This document shows, piece by piece, positions 23,798 to 34,400 of a stretch of DNA of 64,000 nt. How positions within the stretch are numbered: position 1 is the first letter of the stretch; each line of letters begins with the position of its first letter. Source of the DNA: Orbicella franksi (Eukaryota); the NCBI GenBank assembly GCA_964199315.1, contig OZ116712.1, forward strand, positions 1,736,001 through 1,800,000, written 5' to 3'. The notes under the pieces were generated by a model, which saw only the letters and a list, made by a program, of their open reading frames with translations, made no database searches and was not told the DNA's origin. The translations under genes were made by a program, and so were the position numbers.

Positions 23798-24187
23798 AAT
23801 ATTAACAACGGGGATTTATATGAGAAGTCAAATTCTGACCGGAAGGAGCATTGACGTACTTCGTTTTAGAAAATAGCCCAAAGAAAATACGCCCGCCGAT
23901 TGGTTAAAAATCTTGTTTCTAGAACTGGACAGAAACACAAGTCTGACGTAATGATGGCGCGAGCAATTAAAGAATTTCCATTTTGATGATCGAAGTGAAC
24001 AAGTTGTTTTTCTTTTTTTCTTCGCGGTATTTTCTAGGAGAAATAGAAAACATATTCTCCGTGTTTCAATCGAGTTATAGAGACGCTCGTGAAAGTTTGG
24101 GAGAACTCGAAATGTAAGCATGTAAACCAAATTTAAGGGACAGATTCATCGGTTCCGTTTACTCGGAAAGATGTCAGCTGCACTTAA

Positions 24188-24333
24188 CCGGAAGAAGAGG
24201 GTTTTTGACTGTGTTTCTGAGAACTGACGGCTAAATATAACGGACCAATGACAATGACATGGGTGATTGATTAGATGGCATAAAAACGGGGAGGTTTCTG
24301 AGAACTGAGAAACGAAAACACACTTTCCTGGAA
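24188..24333 (+). promoter_or_regulatory. Putative promoter of ZNFX1 copy 2: ETS, GAS x3, CCAAT, ISRE-like
   Basis: CCGGAAG 24188-24194; TTCTGAGAA 24215-24223 and 24296-24304; CCAAT 24245-24249; GAAACGAAA 24309-24317; TTCCTGGAA 24325-24333. All retained in the diverged paralog at 53380-53526. Confidence 0.7.
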
Positions 24334-24451
24334 TTGCGAATGCCCTTTTAAATGCAATAATTTTTTACACAGAAACACGTATTTCATGTATAATTGCTGC
24401 TCTGATAATTACCGAGAAATGTGTCGACAAATCGCCTAGAGGGGTTTAAAG
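24334..24451 (+). other. Putative non-coding first exon of copy 2 (TSS unknown); intron 1 = 24452-31466
   Basis: Consensus donor AAG|GTAAGT at 24452, conserved at 53626. The ZNFX1 ATG directly follows a polypyrimidine-CAG acceptor at 31466. Confidence 0.6.
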
Positions 24452-24821
24452 GTAAGTTGCTCAAATACTTTTCTCTTTAGGATCTCCTACTAAGTACTTG
24501 CATTACAAAGATAGGATTATTCGATTATTGCGAGACAACTGCAAGGTGCATGAAGTCGAAACACTGCCTAGTGACATACCACATGATTCTATACTGCCTT
24601 GATTCTATACAGCTACCGTTTCGCAGTGTTACAGACGTAACGATTGGAACAACGAGAAAAAATGTTGACTGAATTTTGAGCGTTGTGTATTAACTCGCCA
24701 CTAATGATTAGACTCGCTAGTCTTGCCAGTCGACTGAGTTACGACGCGAAACTTACTGTGTTAGACTATCTATTATAAAAGAAACCACTGAGAAGATTTA
24801 GTAGCGCAATGATTTAAAAAA

Positions 24822-27800
24822 TGATAGACAGGCCTAGCACGACTCCCACTGTTTCGTGATAAACGGTCTTTGACCTTTAGAGTTTAGCTCTAACAAGTAT
24901 GTCTTTCAGAGATTTTCCTCTCCTGTAGGAGATGAAAGGAGGGTCTCTGTATATTTCTCTAAGCAGGGTTGATCTTGGATTAAATGCCATTTGCTCATTA
25001 AAATGCTCTTAAGATTGGGCACTGATGGATTATATTGTGTGACAAAAGGCAATAATCTCTTTTGCAATTTTGGTTTCTGTTGTAGTGCCGACTTCCTGTT
25101 TTTAAATTCGATTTCTGCGAGGACTTTGTTGACCAGTTTCTCTGGATAGCCTCGAACACGCAAATTTGATCTGAAATTTTTGATCTTTTCTTCAAAACTT
25201 GTTTTTGAAGAGTTTGTTCTCAGAAGCCTAAGTGCTTCACCTTTTATAAAACCTTTTTTCACACCTGGAGCGTGACAGGAAGAGAAATGCGTGTATTGAA
25301 ATTTCTCAGTCGGCTTGAAGTGTGTGCAGATATCAAAGATTGAATCTTTGTTAAATCTCTCGCCTTTGAAGATAGTAGTGTCTAGGAAATTTATTTCCTT
25401 CTCTGATATTTCAGCCGTGAATTTAAGGGTAGGATGGTGCCTGTTTGCTTCTGAAATAAACTGATCTATTTCCTCTCTGTTTGTGTTCCACAACGAAAAC
25501 ACGTCATCTATGTATCTCTTCCACTCAATGGGTTTTATCTTGCTTTTACCGATAATTTTAGATTCTACTGCGGACATAAAAATGTTCGCGAAAGCAACTG
25601 CCATTTTTGTCCCCATTGCGGTACCATGGGTTTGGAGATAGTTCCTTCCGTTGAAATGGAAGGAGTTCTCCTGAGGTATAAGTCTAAGCATGTTGTGGAG
25701 TGAATTTGTAGGAATGGGAGTGTTGTTCTTATAGAAGTCTTCGTATGCTATGCATACAGTGTTTATCCCTTCCTCTTGGGGGATATTGGTGTACAGGCTG
25801 GTAACATCCATTGAAACTAGAATCGTATTTTGTTGGACTTTTGTCCTTTCTATAAAGTTAATGAAATCTGTGGTATCTTTGAGGTACGATTTTTGCGCTT
25901 TGGCAATAGGCTGGAGGATGTGGTCTATAAATGATGATATACGTTCTGTCGGACCTTCACAGCCCGAAATTATTGGTCTTCCAGTAAGAGTCGGTTTGTG
26001 AATCTTTGTTAGTATGTAAAACACTGGTATGCGCGGTGGGTTAGGTGTTTGAGAAAGCCATTCTTTGGTCTTTGCGTCTATGTGACTTCCTAAATGGAGT
26101 TCATTAATTAAATCTTTGACCTTTTGTGAGGTCTCCTTCACCATTGGTGTTTCTAGGGGCATGTAGTTCTTTCTATCATCAAGTTGAGTTTGGCCCTCTG
26201 TTATCTTATCTTGTTTGTTCATAATGACCGTTGTGGATCCTTTGTCTGCCTTTTTGATAACTATTTCTGTGTTAGATTTCAAATCTTTCAGTGCTATACG
26301 TTCTTGGTAAGGCAGGTTATTTCGTGGCTTAGTAATCTCGATCTCAGCGAGTTGTACTTTAATTTCTTCTAAATATGTTTCAAGTGCAACTGATGGTTGA
26401 ACTGGAGGTTCCCAGTTCGATTTAACGTGGAAGGGGTGCTGTTCACTATCTTTGTTGTTAAAAATGTATCGGAGACGCATTCGTCTCGCGAAATGTTTGA
26501 AGTCTAGAAGCAGTTGTTGCCTGACGCGATTCTTATCTGGAATCGGTGTTTGGATAAATTTCAGACCCCTTGATAGTAAATTTGTCTCGTGAGTTGAAAT
26601 TTTGCAATTTGAGAGGTTTTTTATGTACCTCTGGTTCAACTCAGTGTTTTTTCTTCTTATGTTTAATCTCTTGTTGCTTTTACGTTCTCGGTGTTTATTG
26701 TTTACGATTTTGCGCTTTTCTTTCTCCCTCCCTTTTCCTGAACAGTCAGAAAATACGCAGGGATAAGATTCACTCTTTTTATTGTCTAAAGCTTTCATCA
26801 TTTCTTCCACTTTCTTGATTTTGTCTGTCAGTTCGGTGGCTAAAGCTATTACATTCTCAGTGCGAGTTGACCTTTCTGGACGTGGCCTGTTCTTAACTAG
26901 ATCAGGATTGTTCGTTTTCTTCTCTCTGGTAGTGTTCGGTCTATGCTCAACTTTACTGAGCTTGATCTTGTTGCTTTCCACGCGTCTGTAGTGGTAACGT
27001 GTGAGCGCTCCGATAAGTTTTTGTTCTGCTTCTCTCCGGATATGCTTGATGTCACTTTTGAAGTCATCATCCGGCACTATGTTCACTCTTACGTTGTAGC
27101 GCAGATCTTTTGGGCACGTTTTCTTTGTTCTGTGTGCTTCCAGTTTCTCTATGGACGCTTTGGATTTTTCAACTTTCCTCTCCAGAGATGGGGCGCTGTA
27201 GCGATTGTTCAGGCGAAATCTTTTCTGAGGGATGTTTTCCTTCCTACCTTCTGTGTGGCGGCGCTTTCGGAGAGGCGACCGTTGGCCACTTTTAAATTCG
27301 CCATCTGATGCTAACAGCAATTCCTCGGACGGTTCTTGTCCGTTTTGGTCTGATGTAGATGGGCTTGACAAGAAGCCGTCTTCATTTAGTGTTTGGTTCA
27401 TGTTCTATCTCAAACAAGACTGCAGTTTCGTTCCTTTAGCGGAACTCTTCAGTTGTTTCTATGTTAAGTGTCTTAGGAATGGCAGTGATAACTGATAACA
27501 TTCCGTGGCAGATGCACGCTTCTACTGCTTTTATATCTGTTGTTAGGATCGAAAATAAAGGTTCACCATTGGTTGTATGGATTAGCCAATGCAGGGCCTT
27601 GGATTTCGATCCGAATGAAGTTGTGTTTCTTGTTAAGGTCATTTTTCTGCTTTAAAGGCGTAAAAAACTTTTTTCTCAAGCTGAGAAAATGTTGAGGGAT
27701 AGTATAGTCGTCAGTCTAAATGACTTGCTAGTCAATTTCTTTGTTATTTCCCTCTTAAAACTATTGCAGACTGTTGAATGGTACTCTATCACGTAGCAGG

Positions 27801-27822
27801 ACGGAGCACTGTCTAAAAATAT
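24822..27822 (-). mobile_element. Penelope-like retroelement, ~3.0 kb, antisense in the inferred intron 1 of copy 2
   Basis: Contains the RT ORF. Flanked by imperfect duplication CGCAATGATT(T)AAAAA (24805-24821, 27823-27837). Absent from the paralogous intron of copy 3 (about 53950-54000). Confidence 0.88.
24877..27401 (-). CDS. Penelope-type reverse transcriptase with no GIY-YIG endonuclease; 1-nt frameshift near 24967
   Basis: KADKG, TKIHK..RPIISG, DVTSLYTNIP, GTAMG, WKRYIDD, FLDT, GEALRLLRTNS, RGYP. Shifting frame at QDQP gives LLREIYRDPPFISYRRGKSLKDILVRAKL* (stop 24879-24877). The ORF track frame ends at 24906. Confidence 0.88.
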
Positions 27823-28028
27823 CGCAATGATTAAAAATCTACCGCCACTCTCAAACAACAGTTAGAGAAGGGCATCACAAATTTAATGCCGACTATATAT
27901 GTTCTTCCCAAATCAAACTGATGAAACACGGCCTTTCATGATCTTTCATGCTCTCTTCCGCCAACAGGGTAATTTTAATTTTTCAAGCCTTTTTTCCAGC
28001 TGAAAGGGCAACGGGGGCTATTTTCTTA

Positions 28029-28436
28029 GGCCCAGTTCAGACGCCGAACTTTTCATGAGCCGAACTAAATACATTGAATTAAGTACATGAAAAGTTCGGC
28101 GTCTGAATCATTTAAGAACGGCTATTTGAATTTGGAACGGCCCAGCCGTTCTTCCCGCCTAGCTCAGCCGGGAATTTCGGCTTTGGAACGGCTTTGATTC
28201 AGACGTCGAACTTTTCATGAGCCGAACCTAATGTATAAATTATTATAACGTATTTTACAAGCAGTTTTTACTTTGCCTGAAAATCGCTGACATTTCGATG
28301 TGTTTTGGTTTAAACTAAATAAAGTTCGGCGAATTAAGTTCGACGTCTGAATCAACAGGTGTACTTTTGATAATTTGGGTCGGTCCAAATTCAAATTAAG
28401 TTCGGCTCATGAAAAGTTCGGCGTCTGAACTGGGCC
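28029..28436. mobile_element. Harbinger MITE (duplicate of 1448-1855)
   Basis: Same 38-bp TIR and TTA TSD. Confidence 0.88.
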
Positions 28437-29245
28437 TTACATGGATTTTACCAGTGAGATTATAGTAATCACTTGTACACTTGAGGAACTTTGCCTGTGG
28501 TATTTCGTTTTGGATATTGAACGGTTGGATGTTATATCATCGAGAACGCTCGCCGGCGCGATCGTTTACATTCACTTCTAGGTTATAGAAATGAGCTTAT
28601 TTTGAAATTTAACATGATATGATCTTTACATAAAGGCTTTTGGTATGTTACTGTGCAACTGGTAAAAAGAGTAACTTCTTCCTGTAAACTATCTTTTATC
28701 TATGAATTAAGGCTATGTTTTTCCCTTGTGAACCCAAGACTGGGTAAAGCCGAAAAGCAACCCAGACCGTACCTGTATTCTTTGTCTACCAATTTAAGCA
28801 AATCTTGCCACACTTTCTAGCCTTGTGTTTCGGTCGCTCGTCTTGTTTTTGAAGAACCCGTCAAGTTAGCCTCACTTCACTGAATATCTAGTGACCTGTA
28901 GAGCTCAGTGTGTCATGCCTCCTTCTAAAAAGAACTGTTTTCACGGCTAATCTATATTATATTTGGCAGACAAAACAAGATTTAGCATTCTGCGTTTAAT
29001 CCAGTGTTGTGGGCTGCTCTGGCTGTGAATGTAGCTGAATGTTTTACACTGTTAAGTCATTGCAAGTACAAGAAGAAATCTTACAATGAATCGACGATTT
29101 TGGTATTTAGGAAATATAGCGAAAGATTTCATGTGTAATTTATGCTTGTTGATAATTACCCTGGGAGGACTCCTATACTATGAAAAGGACAGGGACGCTC
29201 GTCATCTCGCTCAGAGGTATAAATCAAGGATTCTGGTCTCACTAA

Positions 29246-29926
29246 GAGCCTGATTACATGGCGAATTTCTGCCCGGGCTGAAATTTCAGCAGGCTAGGGG
29301 GGCTGAAATTATGTTGCGATTACATAACGAATTTCAGCCCGGGCTGAAATATTAGCCTCCGCGCCAAATATGAAATTGTGTGCGAAAAGTCTCCAGAGAA
29401 TCAAAATGGCGCCGAGAACATGAATCGTGAAAATAGGCGCATTACTTCTCTCGTGGTTTGACCTTTTATTGGCGCTCAATTTTTAACTTTTTGGGATAGT
29501 AACACCCTACAATGATGATGGAACTGAAACGAAACCTGTCTCTCAGCCAGAAAGACGTACTTTTATAGAAAGAAAATATGTCCTCAAGCTTGCCGAGTTC
29601 ATGCCTTCCCTGACAGTCACGTGCTGTTTAACCTTGTCTCGATGTTCTTATATTCCATCTAAGCTTTGAAATTAGAGAGATTCTCTATTTTATCGCCCTT
29701 ATTCCATTGAGATCGCTTCTACTTCTTAGCGGCAGCCATCTTATTTCCTGCTTTTCAGCCCGGGCTGAAATTCCGTTTCGATTACATGGGATTTTTTCAG
29801 ACTTTTCAGTCTGTTTGCCCGGGCTGGATTGCGGCCCGGGCTGAATCCCTCTTCATGTAATCGCCAATTTGATTTCATGAGAATTTGTTTCAGAAGCCGG
29901 CTGAAATTCGCCATGTAATCAGGCCC
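29246..29926. mobile_element. Harbinger MITE (duplicate of 2665-3346)
   Basis: Same TIR and TAA TSD. Confidence 0.88.
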
Positions 29927-29999
29927 TAAGGGTGTTCATGAAGAAACGCCCCTTTTCAGCTGTCAAAGTATCTTTTAATGTGCACTACCCGAAGAAATA

Positions 30000-30185
30000 C
30001 AGTGGAACCTCGTTAATACGACCACCTTCGGGCCATGGAAAATTGGTCGCATTAATGGGGTTGTCGTGTTAAAGGGGTTCTTTAAATAAGAAATGAGTGA
30101 CTGAGCTTTTTGGGGGTCAGAATAAAGTGGCCGTAATAACGAGGTGGTCGTATTAACGGGGTGGTCGTAAGGCGGGGTTCCACCG
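30000..30185. mobile_element. pogo-like MITE (duplicate of 3420-3605)
   Basis: TA|CAGTGGAACC...GGTTCCACCG|TA. Confidence 0.8.
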
Positions 30186-30663
30186 TAATAATGAAAAACT
30201 CCCTGTTCCCATCGTTAGGCTCGATTTTCGCTGGTCTCTCGAGTCCGGTGTACTAGCGCGGGCTCCTTTCCTGAACAGCGGCTGGTAATCATTTTAAAGC
30301 ACGAAAATCTGCATTCACATGTTCAGTTAACCACAGTCAGTAAACTAAACATAAGGCGAAACCTGAAGGACTTCAGTTCCCTCCTAAACCATCAGCCTTT
30401 GACCCAGTTGTAAGAGACATAACAGTTACTTAATATGGATTTTTCCAGGTTTTAATAATCATACACATGACTACTGAAAGTAAAAATTTCGTCTGAATAT
30501 GACCAAATTTCGTTCGCCGAGTTTTCAGCTTTTTTTTTTTTTTGAAATAGGTTTCAAACGAAGTGAGGGGGCAAATATAGGTCTTGGCAAATCACTGGAC
30601 TTTTGAGCTTGCCAAACATTTCGTCCATTGCTTGCTTTTTCAGTTCCTTTACCTGAATTTATT

Positions 30664-30710
30664 GTATGGCTAGCTCCGCGAGCGGGCAAGATGAATCAAA
30701 TCCTGCGCTG

Positions 30711-30741
<31 letters not shown>

Positions 30742-30976
30742 TATCTTGCCCGCTCGGGACTACCTGCCGTGTCCCGCAAGAAATATTTCCCCGAAAGCCA
30801 TATAATAAATCCTTTATTGACCAAGCTTCTTCGGTCAAGATGGCTGGATATTGGCCTCCTTCTTTTTATTGCGAGTTTATGGACCGAGACGGAGTCGAGG
30901 TCCATAAACTCGCAAAAAAAGAGCTTGGCCAGTATCCAGCCATCTTGACCTCACACTTGGTCAATAACCCATATAT
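30664..30976. repeat. Hairpin repeat (duplicate of 4083-4395; hairpin 30814-30967)
   Basis: Identical arms to the unit A copy. Confidence 0.65.
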
Positions 30977-31466
30977 ATTAGGAAATTGCGGAAAATGGAA
31001 ACATAAGTTTGGCAGAATTAGCGTTTTGGATTAACATAAACAAACGGCGCTCACAAAATGAGATGTTTATGATTTAATATGATCAAATTTTCATAAAATT
31101 AATCCTAAGTTCTTCTCTTTTCTATCTTAAATTTTGTTCTTTTTAGCAGAAAACTTCCCTTCAAAATGACAAAACTGTGTTGAATTTTGTCTCAATGCTT
31201 TAGTTCCGTCATTTGAATATCCCAATTAGCACAGATGTGTACGATAAATTGTTCATTTACATTGGTCCTGAAAAGCCCCAATGGGGAGTGGCCAATTACG
31301 TATACATTTCTTTTACATACATAAATAAGGTATTTTATACCATCAAACTTATTTTGTGGTCCTTCTTTACAGGTTAGCAACCTGTCCCACCACACCCCAC
31401 TTTTGCTCAGTTATTCTGAATGGCTACACAACCATGTCACCCTAATGTTTTTGATATTTTTCACAG

Positions 31467-34400
31467 ATGTCACGTGACTCCCGAAAGTTAGGGAAGGACT
31501 CAGCTTGGTGTCGGAAACGCAAGTCCGAGGATGTGCCTAGGTTCGATGACGTAAAACGGAGAAGAACGGGAAATGGAGAAGGAACAGACAAAACCACTCG
31601 GCCCATTGGGTTTAGAGAACTGGAAAACATCTGTAGAGAAGCTGTTCCAGAGACGGGAATTCTAGGACTGGTTCAGAAAGCCGAAAGATTTGAAGCCCTC
31701 TTAACTTCAGAAGAAATCAGACCAGATTTGTTGAAGTTGGTAATTTCTGCTTTTCGTCTTTTGTGCTCGGCGAACAGCTTAACGACCGGAAACGCGGAGA
31801 AGTTACTACGCTCTCCGGCAGCGGAGAATTTCATAACAGGGCCCGTTCTTTCCACGTTTGTCAAAAAGATGCCTTTTTCAGAATACTGGAAAGACGAAAG
31901 CGATCGTGTCACTGTGCTAAACGATCTGGCTGAAATTTCTCTTGCGTTGATTCAACGGCTCGGTGAGAAAATATTGTACGGGCTGCCGCTTCCCGAACTA
32001 AGTAACTCGTTGGATGAGCTAAAAGAGGAGAATCTCATCAAGGACGCCTGCGAACTTGAGAAGAAGCTTCAGCAAGTCAAGGAGTTGAAACATGAAGTGA
32101 TTCGGCGGGCAAAGTCTGCGTATGATCAACAATCAGGGGCGGAGCCTCCGCAGAACTTCAGAGAGCTCAGCGTCATTCCGCAAGCAGCAGACCTTTGTTT
32201 CAAGCCTTTTCTGCGCGAAAACATCGTAGACAGAAAGTTTAAGGACCTGGATCATTATCTTGACGTGCAGTTTCGCCTTCTAAAAGAAGACTTCGTAATG
32301 CACCTACGCGATGGCATCAAACAGCTAACAAGAGAAAACAACTCCTTGGAAACGAGTCCTACCAAGAAAGTTAAACGCGCGGATGATGTCTCTGTGTACA
32401 GTGACGTCACAGTCCTGCATCCCGTATGCAACAGGAAAGGCCAGGTTTACAGAATCAGGTTCAACCCGTCTCATCCAAGGGTAAAACGAGTAAACTGGGA
32501 AAGGTCCAAACGACTCAAGTTCGGTTCGTTGGTTTGCCTTTCTTCAGATGACTTCAACACACTACTTGTCTTCGCAACGGTGGAAAATCGACGTGCCGAG
32601 GGGCTAAGTGTTGGTGAATTGGATGTGCGTTTTGAAAACGTCACGAAAGAGGAAATAAATATTTTTGTCACAGGGAAAGAAAGGTTTGTCATGATAGAGT
32701 CGCCTGCTTATTTTGAAGCGTACAGACACGTGTTGGGGGCATTGAAGGAAATAAAACCTGAAGAATTCCCTTTCCAGAAGCATATTGTGGAATGCTGTCG
32801 GGAAGTTGGACCTCCAGCGTATCAAGTACAAAGACAAAGAGAAGACAAAGAAGTTCTGTTTAATTTCACAGGCGTTCTTACAAAGAAAGAGCCTTCAATG
32901 TCTTCTCAAAGACGTCATTCCGATACCGTGAATTCGAAGAAGTCCATGAAGATGAGCCCAACGTCCACCTCACAGCAAGAACAGCTGTCAGCCGTTAACG
33001 AATCGTCGAACAGCCTGGATGTTGCTATGGACGTCGAAGTGCCTCAAGAGATCTTTAATTGGCCAGACAGAAAAAGCCTCGGTTTCAATGAGTCTCAGAT
33101 GCGCGCGTTTAAACTGGCGCTGACCAAAGAGTTCGCTGTGATCCAAGGACCGCCGGGAACAGGGAAAACGTACGTTGGTTTGAAGATAGCTCAAGCTCTC
33201 TTGCAGAACACCTCTTTTTGGCAAAACCGCGGTGAAAGATCTCCAATCTTGATGGTGTCTTACACGAATCACGCTTTGGATCAGTTCCTGGAAGGTCTTC
33301 TTCCAATGCACGGTGAGTTTACTCAGCGCTTTATATATGTTATATTTTTCACGTAAGAGATTACAGGTGATCTAGAAAGACACACATGCATAGATTGACA
33401 GATAGATAAATAAAGGTGACTCATCACTGTTCAGATAACTGTACAAGATATTCGGTGTACCGCGAACGAAACTATTTCTAAGTATTTCTAGAGGTTCTGA
33501 CTTTGTCGTTAAACCTCAAAAAGATGCGCATTGAGCAGCAGGCTACATGCAAATAAACAACGGGAAATATGGAAAGAGAGGAAACAAACAAAACTAATGA
33601 TTTTGGTGGCTCGGTTTTGACCAAAAAAGTGATATGTGAGCATAAGCTGGGGATTGGAAGCATAAAGTAAGGAAATAATAACTTGACGGTCGTTTATTAA
33701 TTGACAGGTATAGTTCGCGTTGGCGGCCGCAGCAAAAGTGAAAAATTGAAGAGCCATTCTCTGGTGTCAATTCGTCGCCAACCATGCCAGCCTGATATGA
33801 CGATCCGCAAGGCAAGAAACGCAGCTAAGAGAGATATTCGTTATGAGAAAGAATCATATCGGCGTTCTTCACTCTTGTTAGAAGCCTCAAGATCAAGCAT
33901 TTTGTCGATGGATGTCTTTTCCCAACACAGGTATATTCGACGCCGGCATTATGCTCAATTTACAAGAAACCCTTGGAATGGATCGGTTGATGAAGAGCTT
34001 CTAAAGTGGCTCTACGTACAAAAGAAGGAAAGCTCGCAAAGTTCCCACTCGAAAGATGTGAAAAAGCATCATGAAAGAGATGACTTCCAAATGGAGTTTG
34101 AGGCGCGAGGATTCAGTTTTGACAACAGAGGGGTTTTGGACAAAGATGACAACGCCGTGCGTATGGGACTAGCTGTGCTCTCGTGGAAAGATGCTACGAA
34201 CTCCGGAAAGGTGAGACAAAATTTGATTAGCGAACAAGCGATGTCTGATAACGAAGAAAGAGGAGTTCGTGATATCTACCGTTTGCCGAGTGAGGACCGT
34301 TGGAGGTTATACAGATTATGGCGGCAGAGATTGGTCAACGACCAAAGGCAGCAGTTGCAAATTTGCCAGGTGGAGTTTGAAGAGGCTTTAGCCCGTGATA

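Noticed and set aside
27700-27760. Hammerhead ribozyme core (CTGACGA on the minus strand) in the PLE 5' region
   Set aside because: No stem II followed by GAAA and no cleavage-site stem at the right spacing.
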